Source: an uncultured Verrucomicrobiae bacterium
GTDB lineage: Bacteria > Verrucomicrobiota > Verrucomicrobiia > Chthoniobacterales > UBA10450
Reading direction: 5' to 3'
Assembly (NCBI GenBank): GCA_963815455.1
Contig: CAWFGO010000001.1
Coordinates: forward strand, 384,001 to 448,000
DNA length: 64,000 nt
Made by a program: the position numbers and the translations under genes. Positions 31,949-43,914 of the stretch are shown one piece after another (within the stretch, counting starts at the first letter, position 1; each line of letters starts with the position of its first letter). Under the pieces are notes generated by a model that saw only the letters and a list, made by a program, of their open reading frames with translations, was not told the origin of the DNA and searched no databases.

Positions 31949-33437
31949 TTATTGTTTTTCCAAGACCCACAGCTGTGTTTGATCCCCACTTATCGGGTGC
32001 CATTGTTTCAGCCCGCAATTATGCGGGGACTGCTGGCAGCTATCAGCCGCATCTAAGACTTTACCCGACAACGAATTGATAATTACATAAATATTGTCTT
32101 GCCCGGCAATCTTGTAGAACAGCGCATATCTGTCCAGCATATGCAATATTGATTCCTTGCATATTAACATTGCCACCATCCTGATTGATACCTTGTCCAT
32201 CGCTGTCTACCACGGGCACTTCCATGTTAAATACAACCCTGTTACCCCAGGAGTCTGTCTTTCCAGTGGCCATTTTTATCCGATATCCAACCGGAAGCTG
32301 CTTTTCTATAGTGAAAATATTATTACCGCGATCGCTGCCAATCTTCCACGTTTCGAGTCCCGATTCAGGTGTAGCGTTGTCCTTATCGTGCCAACGCCAG
32401 TTGAGAGCCCTATACGATTGATTTCTAAAGGCGTAACATTTTATTATATATTCACCCTCGGGTACGGCAGCCCCGGTGAAATTATTGAGAAAATTGATGG
32501 CGCTCCATGCTATCGCGTCAGATGCGGGTCCAAGCACTGGTGGTATAAGAGTCTGATCGCCCGTCGATTGATTGAACCGAAGCTTGACATCGCCCGCCGC
32601 CTTCATGAGGGACGTTTCCATTCGATTCTTGATTCCGCCCGTGCATTTATCGTCTTTTGCGAACGGCGTGTCCCAGCCCATGTGAAATAGCAGTTCCAGA
32701 TTCTGCCAAACGGACTTTGCTTCATTAAATGACTCGGTCACCGCTGTGGCAACCTGCTTGTTCTCTTTGACATATTTATTGAGAAAGAAAGCAATCATCG
32801 GTTCTGTCATCATCTGGTCGCAAGGCGTGCCCACGGACGTTCTGGCGCCGATTGCCAACCAGTCATCGTTACAGGTGGCGGCATGGCAATTACACATATA
32901 GACAAGTCGCAAACTCCGAAGTTGAAGTTTTTACCTTTTTGGGTCCTCGGCGTCCGTTAATAGCGAGCGGATTGTTCCGGAGTCGCCTCCCTCTAGCAGT
33001 AAACTCGATTACGCCAGCTCCAGTCTATCATCGCCGCCGTGCCCGAGAATCGAACAAGCTCAATTCTGATTGCCGGCTACGGTTTCAGCAATCAAATTAG
33101 TCAGCAACTTCTGCCTGGTGCAGTTCACATCCGTTAGGGGAATGATCTTGTCATAACGATCGGCACCCTGGGCAAAGGTTGCGTCAACATTTTCGAATGT
33201 TTCAGCGATTATTGTATCGCACGGCTCTAGAGAAGAACGTGGATCAACTGCGTGTTGTTCGCTATTTCGTCCGGGAAGTTGAAGATCTCAAGCATGGTGG
33301 GATTTTCGAGCCCGCCGTTTTCCTGTAGTGCCATCGGTTACTCTGTGAGTGGCCCCTTGAGCAGAAGGTGAGAAGGGGATCATCATCGCTGTCAAAAAGG
33401 TTAGAATAACACTCGTTGTCTTCGGATTTATTTTCAT
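31949..33437 (-). CDS. secreted protein with C-terminal ricin-type beta-trefoil lectin domain (frameshifted)
   Basis: Start MKINPKTTSVILTFLTAMM; C-terminus YVIINSLSGKVLDA...KQW...QTQLW (QxW repeats). Confidence 0.6.
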
Positions 33438-33445
33438 TATTGTCT

Positions 33446-34618
33446 TCATTTTGTCGTTTGTTCTCCGCGCCCCAAGACCATGCTTGCTCCGTGTCCTGAT
33501 GCCTGCATATCGTTAAAAGCGGATTTCATTATCGTTTTCTCTGTTGCCCTCGTTAATTTGGTTGTTTGGATCAACTTTGAGCAGCAGGGCTCTTGGGTCG
33601 AGCAACTGCGTGCTGCCCGGTTCGGCAAAGCAACCTGATGAAGGTTTGCGTCGGATGGGCCAACCTTGAATCTTGGATCACTGATTGACACGAATCGAGG
33701 TCGGGCGACCAGTGTCAGTTATCCTTTTGAACGACGGGCGTACTTCCTGCTCGGGAATCCCTGCGCTAGAGTCAACGTATCAAGCACAAGGGGGTGTTTG
33801 GAATTAGTCACATCGATCAGTTGCACGTCAAATTGAGTGTTGGCCGGGAGCTGTATGATGTTGTTACCCGATACGCCCCAAATGAGTTTTGGTATGGGAA
33901 CAGTAGTAACGACATTCCTCGGCAAGCCGCTGCAGAAGAAACTCATCTGACTTGAGTCATCCCTCCGCGAGTGGTCGGGACCACTTCCTGTGTCAAGTTA
34001 ACCGGGCGTGTAAGCGTCACGGGGGTGCCCAGAGCGGGCGTTAAATTTGGCGAAGACGGCACTATAACGGCCATTCCTCCGGATAGAGCTTCCGGAGCTT
34101 CCCGGCGAGACATGCGTGCGATAAGTAGCGTTCGCCAGAGAGGTGCAGATCGGCGGCCACGATCTTCAGATCTGAACCTCTCACTACCAGTCGGCCATGT
34201 TAACGGTTACTGTGCGGTTACCGAGTCCGTGAGAAGACGCAGCTCTTGACATCGACTACGACGTATCCCTCAGACACCACATTGCCCAATACGATCGCGC
34301 GCATTCGGAGAGCTCTGTCGCTGGTCCCCCTGCCGCTTATCCATTCATAGATATTGGAGCCTCATCGGCATCCTGCGCAAAATCTGCTCCGTGCCCATAT
34401 AATCTGACCCTGATTGTCTCCCCCGAAGCGATCTTAATTCGAGCACGCTCGGCCCATAAGAAGTGAAGTGTCGAGAAATGAGCCTCGCTGCATGGACCTG
34501 AGATGTGGTCAATAGTGAAAGTGTCGATCGTCGCTGACGCCGGGACCGCCGTTGCCAGTAACATCATACCCGCAGCAAGCCAAGCGAGCGGGCGTTCTAG
34601 AGTAAGAGTTAAAATCAT
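33446..34618 (-). CDS. secreted hypothetical protein (frameshifted)
   Basis: Signal peptide ...LAWLAAGMMLLATAVPASA; collinear ORF fragments 34337-34618, 33719-33946, 33446-33691. Confidence 0.45.
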
Positions 34619-35266
34619 TTTAGTTTCCTTGTTAACTTATAGAGGATCACGTCGCGACGCTGGAACCGACTACTGTGTGACGGCTGGGCGCACGACGAAC
34701 AGCTCGACGATGCCAATTCTGTTTCCCGACCTGCTCTGGATGGCGTCAATGCGTTTAAGGCGCGTGGCTGGAATGTACGCGTACGGCGAGTGCTGATTAC
34801 CGAGGCCGAATGGCTAGAAGTTAAGCAGGAGGACGACTTCATATTGTTAGGGCCAAGGTAGGAGGAGCACGCTCGCGAATGTGCTCGTACAGACAGTAAA
34901 AACAGTGAACGGGAAGTGGATGTCCCCGACCGATTCGCAGCATGCGTGTTGCTTCTGCGCAAACTCCGGTAACGGAAAGGTGTGGCGTGTGTTGATCGTT
35001 GCGCATGGGAGGGTCCGCGCTCAAATCATCGAAGTCAGCATTGCTCACGTCGATATCGCTGGACGAATCGGAGGGGGGCTATCTTGTGAAGGTTGCCCTT
35101 TTTCGTTCTTTGGCACTATGCAGTCGGCGCCGTCGATCGAGCGGCTGGCGAGGACCTCGGTCGAGATGATTACCGTCTGGCCCAGAGCCGCAGAGGGGAT
35201 TTGCCAGCAGGCCGCGAGAAGCACTAATGGGAGAAACGACTTTATCTGAGCTGAGGGCTTCGGCAT
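34615..35266 (-). CDS. secreted hypothetical protein (frameshifted)
   Basis: Signal-like MPKPSAQIKSFLPLVLLAACWQIPSAALG; downstream fragments in other frames. Confidence 0.4.
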
Positions 35267-35533
35267 AAACCAGGGGATCGCGTTTGGCGATGTCCCAGCT
35301 AAGGTCCAGCCCCCTTATTAGCCCTGCCGAAGATGCGTTGAGACGTCGTGTCTACGTAATCGGTAAGTCGGTAAGTAAGGAAATTTCGTTAGGCTGTCAA
35401 GCTTTGGTTTCAACCTTACGATTTTTGTTATTCTATATGGCCCTCCAACACGTCTTGGAGCCCCACTTCGTGTCCTGCGTACGTCCAGTCCCACGGGCCC
35501 GGGAGTGGAGCGAAAGACCTACGAGCTGCCGAA

Positions 35534-35914
35534 CTACCACCGGAGGTGAATCTTCGCGCAGAAAGAAACCGTACACATCTCGATTCTGATCGCAAAATCA
35601 GAGTTGATCTCCTCAATCGTTACCTGCGATTTTCTGACGCCAGCTTCACGAATCAGCCCGAGAAGCTGTTTCTTGTCTTTTCTCATTGTTGCTTCCTCGA
35701 ACCGTTGCACGAAATCCCCGCCTTTTTCGAGACGATCTAAGAGCAGAGACACCTCCTTGTTGACCAGGGCCATCGCTTGCTTTTCCTTTGCTGTCGCGGC
35801 AGCCAATGCCTTTGGATTTGGCTTAGTGCTGCCGGCTACGGCCTCGCTAACGCCTAATGACATGTGACGGTTAATAGGTACCGCCCCGAATGTCCACATA
35901 TTTCTTGTTTTCAT
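35534..35914 (-). CDS. hypothetical helical protein ending in C..FCAKIHLRW
   Basis: 126 aa ORF preceded by an AGAAAGG RBS-like sequence. Confidence 0.6.
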   Translation of the reverse strand: MKTRNMWTFGAVPINRHMSLGVSEAVAGSTKPNPKALAAATAKEKQAMALVNKEVSLLLDRLEKGGDFVQRFEEATMRKDKKQLLGLIREAGVRKSQVTIEEINSDFAIRIEMCTVSFCAKIHLRW

Positions 35915-36276
35915 TATGTTGCCTTTCTATTGAAGGCATTTGACCGCCTTGGTCCAGACTATACAAGTCATTTGGGCGGTCCTTTCTTTTCAACTATCTC
36001 TCGTGTGGCAAGCAAGAAAACTGCGATCTGAAAAGCACTACTCAAAGCCGAACGCGTGTTTGGTCACTAATCCCTCGAGATAGCGCTGGTTGCAGTTTTG
36101 CAGTCCGCGATTATCGGTCCACCCGTTTCGCCCCCCTGACGCTGGAAATTCGGTCTACTCCTGTCCAGAAATGTCCACACGATTGTGCAGAGTTAATCCA
36201 ATCGGAATTCTTTTAGCGTCCGCACGTGTCTAGCAGTGTCCTGACACGTCGGGAGTAGTCGCAAACTAGCAAAAAA

Positions 36277-36317
36277 TCATTGCGAACGAGACGCTCTACC
36301 AACTGAGCTATACCCCC
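36277..36317 (-). pseudogene. displaced 5' half of tRNA-Ala(CGC) (att site)
   Basis: Identical to tRNA positions 1-41; stops shortly after the anticodon loop. Confidence 0.9.
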
Positions 36318-36370
36318 GCCGGAACCGGCCGAAATTATCACGAGACCCGGATTTTTCATCAAGGATTGTT

Positions 36371-36436
36371 TGTAGCCGGAATCGGTGATCTCGGACGAAG
36401 ATGACGAGAAAACCGGCATCGACGATGCCGGCTACA
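36371..36436. repeat. family A REP doublet
   Basis: TGTAGCCGGAATCGGT...CCGGCATCGACGATGCCGGCTACA. Confidence 0.75.
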
Positions 36437-36437
36437 A

Positions 36438-38167
36438 CTACAACCCGAGCAACTCGCGAACGTATTTCGGCGGCGGGCTGCCGAAGCTCAGAACACTGTC
36501 GTGATAGTCTTTCCTTTGAAATTCTCCTGGCTTTTTTCTTCGCCAGGTCGCGGATCTCCAGCATTTCGCTCACGCCGACAAAATAGGTGGACAATTGCGC
36601 GGACGTCAGCTGGGCGCGTTTCCATTTCGCCACCGCTTCGCCTTCCTGCTGGTAGCCTTCCTTCATCATCAGATCCATCGCTTCCTTTTCGGTCATGTTT
36701 CCCGCATGAATGCTTTGATCGAGAATGGCGTTGCAATCGACGCGCAACCGCATTTTCAACTGCTGCATCTTCACATCCGGCCCCCCATAGCCTTTTTCGG
36801 CCATCATCTGCTCGCAATAGACCGCCCAGCCTTCAATGAACGGGCCGTTTTCGAAAATCGCGCGCACCAGGGTCGGCGCGCGAAACTCATTCGCATGCGC
36901 CAGCTGCAGATAATGTCCGGGCATGGCTTCATGCACCGTAAGATCGCGTATCATGTAATCGTTATATTCGCGAAAGAAAGATTCCTTCGTTTCCTTCGAC
37001 CAATCTTTAGGCGTCGGCGCCACTGCGAAAAAAGTTTTGCCATGCTTCTCGAGCGGCCCGGCTGCGTCGCAATAGGCAATGCCGCGCCGCGCTTGAACTC
37101 GGGCATCACAATCACGTCGAGCGGCGTGTTCGGAACGGTGACCAGATTGTGCGATTTCACAAAATCGGTCGCCTCCCTGACGACTTTCTGGCAGAAACCG
37201 ACAATGGTGTTGTCGTCCGGGTGTTGCTCCGCCAGCTTGTTCAAAACCGCAGTCGTAACTTTCTTTTTGTCGTCAAGCGCCGCCTGGTCGGCTTTCGGAA
37301 AATATTTTTTGTAAAGCGGCAGGGCCGTTTCATAGAGAGCATCTTGCGTTTGATGCAGATCGGCCTGCGCCCGTTTCATGATTTCTTCCATCGACAAGTC
37401 CGAGGCGAGCGCGAAATGCAGATTTCTTGCGAAACTTCTCCGCGCCGATGCGAAAATTGCCGTCGGAACGTTTTAGCAGATCGTTTTTCAGCCATTTCTT
37501 GTAGTCCTCCAGCGCCTTCGCGGTTTTTTCCTGGATCGGCGCGAGGTCCTTCTTCATTTGCGGCGCGCGATCGAGAAGCGGTCGAAAGCCCCTCGCGCAC
37601 CAGTTTGATGGCGCCTTCGGTCTGTTCGATGGCCGTCTCCGTGTGAACGCGCGGCGGATGCTGCAGGTTCTTTTTAGCCTCGGCGATCACGAGCGGGATC
37701 GCTTCCATGCGTTTGCGCAGATTCGGGATGCGATTTTCCGGCGTATCGAAATCGCGCGCGACAATGAGATAGAGGCTGTCGGCAAGGCTCCGAGTGTAAA
37801 CCAGCGGGTTCCAATCGGGTTCCTTCATTTCCTCCAGTTGGAAGATTTCGCTATCGACGTTTTCCCGCAGGATGCGCACATCGACCCGGTTCGGGCCGGT
37901 CAGCTGTGAAAAATCGTCGAACTTCTTGAGCTCTTCGCGAAATTGTTTCGCCCGGGCCAGTTGCCGGGTCCGCGTCGCGGCCGAGTAATCGCTCAGTTGA
38001 CCGTCGAATCGATGATCGCCCAGTTCGGTGGCTCGTTCGGGATGCTCGGCCAGATAGCCTTCCACATAATCTTGGCGATCTTTTCAAATTCGTCGTCCTT
38101 GGGATTCGCGTTGGCGTTCGAATGATCGACAGGACAACAGGAGACCAGCCGGCAAGAATCTTTTCAC
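36438..38167 (-). CDS. DUF885 family protein (several frameshifts)
   Basis: P..ATELGDHRFDG.L.D, HEAMPGHYLQL, FIEGWAVYCE, QLSTYFVG, SFGSPPPKYVRELLGL*. Confidence 0.85.
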
Positions 38168-38178
38168 CTTACTTAAAG

Positions 38179-39671
38179 CTATGCCTCCGGTTGAACCGCA
38201 AATCCCACCGCCGGCTCCGCATCGCCGGTAACTTTCGTCTGATCCTGCAGATACGTCCGGCCTTTGTAAAACGGCGTCACGATGGCAAACAGCACCGCCG
38301 TTCCCAGCATGACCCAGAAAAAGAACATAAAGTAACTCGCTCCCTGCAGCTTCACCGATCCGTCCGGATTTTCGATGAAGAAATTGACTCCGGCTGTGAA
38401 AGCATTCCCGAGTGAGACTGCGAGCAAATAGGTGCACATGCAAAGCGACTTGAGCTTGACCGGTCCTTGCGTGTAGGAAAACTCAAGGTGAGTCGGCGAA
38501 GCCAGCGTTTCACCGGCCGTCAGGATCACAAACGCCCAAATTTGCCAGATAATGTTGGGCCGCGCGCCGCCGTCAATGCGCGTCTGAATCATCGCGACCA
38601 AAAAAAACGATGCCGCAGTGACAAACAATCCGGCGCCCATCTTCCGCAGCGGGGTCAGCGGAATCAGCTTCTCGACGGCGGATAAAGCAAATAGGAAAAG
38701 AGCGGCAGCATGACCAGAATGAAAATCGGATTAACGGTCTGGATTTGCGACGACAGCCAGTTCATTCCGAAGAAATGCCGATCCATCGACTCCGCTTGAA
38801 CGATCCACGAGGAAAAATTCTGCTGCCACAAAGCCCAAAACATGGCCATGAACGGCACAGGCATCAGAATGTTGAGCAGGATCTTGCCTGTTTCCTTGTT
38901 GAAAATTTCGCGTCCGTACGTTCGCAGGCCAACTGGCGGGATATGGACAAATTTCTTGCGTCCCATCCAGAAAATGATCGTGGCGAGAGCCATGAAAACG
39001 CCTGGCAAGCCCAAAAGCGAAGTCCGGGCTGTGCAGTCGCGGACTCACCAGAAAATTTGAGACGGAAGTGGGCAACAAATTCGTGAGCCAGTTGGGAAGG
39101 CCGCTTGCGGCGCCAGGAGCCATGGAATGAGCAACGTCGACATGGCCGACCCGGCATTAATCGAAAAATAAAACCAGTTAAACACCCGGGTCAGCAAGTG
39201 CTTGTTTGTCTCGCCAAATTGATCGCCGACGTTCGTTGAGACGCAGGGTTTAATTCCGCCTGCGCCGAGCGCGATCAAGAGAGACCGATGGCAAGCAAGT
39301 AGCGTGGCTCAATGGCGTGTGCCACGCCCGTGCCCATCAGCGCAAGAGTGAGATGTCCGCCGCAATAAACGATCGACAGCCAAAAGACGACCCAGAATTT
39401 GCCGAAGATCGCATCGGCGAGAACCGCGCCGAGAATTGGCAGAAGTAAAGCGAGGTAACGAAAGTGTGATACCACGCTTCGGCTCTTGCCGGGGCCATTA
39501 CATCCAGATGACCCACCTTGTTTACAAGATAGGTGGTCATGAAAATGGTCAGGACGGAATTCATCCCGTAATAGGAAAATCGTTCTGCCGCTTCGTTCCC
39601 GACGATGTACGGCACGCCAGGCGGCATGGTGCCGATCTTCGGCGGCGTAGTCAGGTATTGCGTTTGGCCAT
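38179..39671 (-). CDS. POT/PTR2 proton-dependent oligopeptide transporter (frameshifted)
   Basis: [12 protein letters not shown] (ExxERF), [35 protein letters not shown]. Confidence 0.92.
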
Positions 39672-39683
39672 GTTCTTATTTGC

Positions 39684-39934
39684 CTAACGGGACTTCGCGG
39701 GGAAGAATTCAGCCGGCGTTGGTGTCGGCGAAGCCGGTTGGGCCGCAGGCGCAGGCGCAGGCGATGTCGATGTTTCGGTGACCGCCTCCGCGCTTTCTTC
39801 ATGCCCGTCGATAGGATCGACATGTTCCTTTTGCACCTCGGGCATTTCGCCCAGGTGATGTTTTCGCAGGAACAAATCAGAATCAGTGCGGCGCCCCCCA
39901 AAATCGCCGCGCATTTCCCAATCGAAAGTTGCAT
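39684..39934 (-). CDS. small putative lipoprotein (frameshifted)
   Basis: MQLSIGKCAAILGGAALILICSCE lipobox-like site; Pro/Ala-rich tail ...AEFFPAKSR. Confidence 0.5.
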
Positions 39935-39993
39935 AAGGCGCAGCGACAATAATCGCCCTTCGGCGTGATGCGCAAGGTGAAAGCACAGCAGAA

Positions 39994-40042
39994 GTGGCAT
40001 GGGCTTCCACCCATGTCCCCATCGGCAAGATGCCGATGCCAC
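39994..40042. repeat. family B double-hairpin repeat
   Basis: gtggcatgggcttccacccatg...catcggcaagatgccgatgccac, an inverted copy of 27630-27677. Confidence 0.85.
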
Positions 40043-40099
40043 GATGCGCTACGCTAACAGCTATTGACAGGAGCTCCCGCAGGATTGCTACGGCACGGC

Positions 40100-43000
40100 T
40101 CATCCGAGGTGCGATTTCACCAAACCAACGTCCGAACCGTTAATCGTCCCGTTGAGTGTCACGTCTTCACGGAAATTAGCGTTCGTAACTGGCGCGCCGA
40201 TCTGCCCCTTGGTTTGGGCAACATCAGAAGCATTTACCGTTCGGTTTCCGTTGGTATCGCCAATGAGCATGTTCACGCTCACCACCGTGTCGGCCAGAAC
40301 CTGACCGAAACTGTCGGTTACGTTGCTCAAAGTGACCGTGATTTTCTGGGCATTATCTACGCCGGTCAGATTCACCGTCATGGTGTTAGCGGAAAACGCA
40401 GGTGTGCCCGACACGCTTCCTATGCCAGTCGTTACGTTCGCGTCGCCGCTGACAACGTCACTGCTATAGGTGATGACCAGGGTGTGATCGCCATTGATTC
40501 CGCCGGTGCGGCATTCTACGCCAGGCTGACCACTGAGAGGTCGATTGATGGGAAAAACGCCGGCCATGCCGTGATTTTTTTGTGAGACTGCGCTGAGCAG
40601 TTGTGTCGGGCACTCCAGCGTCAGGACGAGGTCCGCACGGGCGGTGGAATTTGCAGAATGGCTGTCTCAACTACTCCATTACAACCCGCGTTTTGTGCGC
40701 GCACTTTGTAAAAACCGGAGAGCGCGTCCCAGCCGAAATGGCCGTCGGTGTCGGTCGTATCGGGGTTATGCCGATTGCCAGGAGACATGACGGCGCTGCC
40801 ATCGGGCACGATATCGAACGGACCCATTGGTGTATCCGAGCGAAGCAGCGTTACGGTCGCGCCTGAAATCGGTGCGCCATGATTATCCCGCACTGTGCCG
40901 CTGGGATCGATGTACAAATCGAAGCCGATTGTGGTGGTGCTGCCTCCGCAATCTATCGTCATCGACACCGTAGCAGCGCCATGCGCAGGAAGAGCGCCGG
41001 AACTGATGCTGTAAAAGTGCCGCTGCCTGCCGGTGTCTCCGTCATCGGACCGCTGGCGAAGATTGAAAATCCGCGTGAGATAATATACGACGCCGTCCCG
41101 TTCGGACAGCCGGTTGTAGTGAGGGTGAGGGGCGATTGCCAGTAGACGGTCGGCACATCGCCGCCACCGTTATTGTGTGGCTCAATGCTCGTCCCAGAGG
41201 GTGGCGGAGCCGGTGCTTGCAACATCAGGTCTTGGTTCGTGAGCGCGCTGCTACAGCCCTGCACCGAGCGATCGAGAAGTTATCCCGGCACATCAACCGA
41301 CCCTTGCGGCGGGAAAATGGTTAGATCGAAAGGCGTATTGAGCGGCAACCCAGTGATTTGATAATTCCCGCTCGCATCCGTTGTCGCATTAAAAGAACAC
41401 GGGCCGTTGTTAGGTTCGCAGGCCTGTAGAGTTCGCCTTGGAGTGGGCCTTGCGCGTCTGTGATTTGCCCAGATATCATCCCGCAAAAATTAGGCGATGG
41501 CGACTTGCACTGACCGGCGACACCGGCATCGAAAATGGCCTGCACTTCTGACGGTGTGAGTGCACGATCAAAGACTTGAGCCTCATCGATGAGGCCGTTA
41601 AAAAGACGAGGTCCAAAGAAAGGGTGATTGCCAATCATCAAAGGTTGTCCGCTCTGTCCGCGCGTAAGGTTCGTAAAAGCGTTGAGGTTCTCCAGCTGGC
41701 CGTTGATATACATCCTCAACCCGGACGCGTCCCATGTGCCCGCGACGTGATACCAGACTCCAACTTGAATGACCGTCGTCGAAGCAACGTTGATACCGCC
41801 CGAAATGTGGAAGAAGAACCGGTCCTGGGTGCCGGCCTGCAAATCAAAATCCGTATTGAGACCGCCCTTGCAGATGATCGCCATGGTGTGCCCGGCAGTA
41901 GAAGGCAACTGGTTGAACATGACCCAGGCATCCATGCTGCCGGCGGTGGTCGGGTCCTGTGCGGAAACGGCAGCAGCTTGCACGTAAGTACTGGAGCCAT
42001 TAAGACTAAACGCCTGCCCGACTTTTCCGGGCGCGAATGTTGCGCCGCCTTGCAGACTGCCGTTATTGCCGGTTTGAATATCAAATGCGTTACCGTCGCC
42101 TGGATACCATCCGACTAAATTAGTTGGTGGCGCGATGCAGCCCGGCACAATGGTCATCGAGTAAGCTCGCTGCGCCATCGTGTTATTCGAGTCTGCCGCT
42201 TGAACGGTGAAGTTGAAACCACCCATTGCCTGCGGCGTGCCGCTGATAGTTCCGCCATTAGACAAACTGAGACCGGTCGGCAAAGAGCCGTTGCTGACGG
42301 TAAAAGTATACGGCCCCGTTCCGGCCCCAGCGGTAATGGTCTGGCTATAAGCCAAGCCTACGGCTCCATCGGGCAGCGACGTCGGGCTGGATAACAAGTG
42401 CCGGTTTGCACTGGCCCGCGCTTCCGGCGGCGAAGATGGCTTGGACCTCCGAGGCGCTCAGCGCGCGGTTGAAGACTTCGAACTCGTCAATGTCGCCGTT
42501 GAACGGCTGCGGGCCATTGCCTGACCCTGCCCGATCGTGAAGAGATCACTCGTGCGGAGCGAGTTTGTGCCAAGGTTGTTGTCAATAACCACCATGGTGT
42601 CCAGCACGCCGTCCACGTAAAGCTTAACTCCTGATGCAGATAAACTTCCGTCATACGTGGCCGTAACATGGTGCCATTGACCGTCATTAACGCCGGTGCT
42701 GCCGCGAACGATCATGGCATGATCCCTGGGCAATTTGCGGTCGCGCTGTTGTCCAAGAAAAATGAAAGGAAGCCTGCCCCCGGCGGCGTCACAGGCGTCG
42801 GGTAGCAGGCTGGAGTTTGGCCATTGTCGACTTGGAGACCGTAACCCGTAAACGGGGCGTTGATCTGTCGCTTCGCGGCGATGAACATGTTAACCGAGGT
42901 CTCGGTCGTACGGAGCCATGCGTCGATACTGAATGGATTCGTTCTCTCAAAGTTTACGCTGGACCCGTTCGTAACTTGGATGAATTGGTTCGTGCCGTTG

Positions 43001-43227
43001 AAGTGAAACGCCTGTCCGACCTTGCCGGACGCAAAGGTCGCGCCGTTTTGCAGCGTTCCGTTGCTGTCGCCTTGATAGTCCAAGGTGTTGCCGTCGCCCG
43101 GCCACCACGCGACCAAATCCGAGGGCGGCGTGATGCAGGCCTGGCCAAGCGGCGAGCGCCGGGCGAGTCCAACGCTCGTTAACGCGAGAGTGATGAAGAT
43201 CAATTTCAGGAGCTGATTCGTTTTCAT
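40100..43227 (-). CDS. large secreted protein: two LamG/concanavalin-like domains, Ig-like (He_PIG), carboxypeptidase-regulatory-like repeats, C-terminal dockerin-like domain (frameshifted)
   Basis: LVAWWPGDGN / LVGWYPGDGN, WHHVTATYDG, SLPDGAVGLAYSQT, GDTNGNRTVNASD...DVTLNGTINGSD. Confidence 0.8.
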
Positions 43228-43341
43228 AGTTTTGTCCTTCACCTAGAAATGGCGAAAACGGGGGGCGTGAATGGACATTCGTTAGAAAAAAAGCTCGCTT
43301 TTGTTCAGCTCGCCGCGTAAAAAGCGGTCGAGGCAAAGCTC

Positions 43342-43914
43342 GTGAATTCCAACTCCCCACCGGACGTTACCCAGGTTCTGAAGAATTGGCGTGAGGGCGA
43401 CACCACCGTGCCAGACAAATTGATGCCGCTCGTTTACGAGGAATTGCGCGGCCTCGCTCGCAAATATCTCTCAAACGAACGCTCCGATCACACGCTGCAG
43501 GCGACAGCGTTAGTTCATGAATCCTATCTCCGGCTGGTTGACGACACCCGGATGAGCTGGAAGGACCGCGCCCATTTTTACGGGGCGGCCGCGAGCGTGA
43601 TGCGGCGCATTCTGATTGATTACGCCCGCGCGCACAACGCGGAGAAGCGCGGCGGCAAATTACAAAAACTCTACCTCGACGAAACCAAGGAACTTTTGCA
43701 GGAGAGCCCGCCGGATCTCGTCGCGCTCGACGATGCGCTGCAGAGTTTTGCCGCCACGTTCCCGCGCGAGAGCCAGGTGGTGGAAATGAAATTCTTTGGC
43801 GGAATGGAAGCGCGCGAGATCGCGGAAGTGTTGGACGTTTCGGCCAAAACCGTTTCGCGCGATTGGGATTTTGCGAAGATCTGGCTTTGCCGCGCGCTGA
43901 GCAATGCAGCCTGA
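43342..43914 (+). CDS. ECF sigma factor of the kinase-associated type (TIGR02999-like)
   Basis: LMPLVYEELR.LA, HTLQATALVHESYLRL, MRRILIDYAR, VSRDWDFAKIWL. Confidence 0.92.
   Translation: MNSNSPPDVTQVLKNWREGDTTVPDKLMPLVYEELRGLARKYLSNERSDHTLQATALVHESYLRLVDDTRMSWKDRAHFYGAAASVMRRILIDYARAHNAEKRGGKLQKLYLDETKELLQESPPDLVALDDALQSFAATFPRESQVVEMKFFGGMEAREIAEVLDVSAKTVSRDWDFAKIWLCRALSNAA

Larger units (their letters stand above)
28011..36317. mobile_element. genomic island at tRNA-Ala bounded by 41 bp direct repeats (28011-28051, 36277-36317)
   Basis: Exact repeat tcattgcgaacgagacgctctaccaactgagctataccccc; atypical, partly AT-richer cargo; no integrase recognised. Confidence 0.85.
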
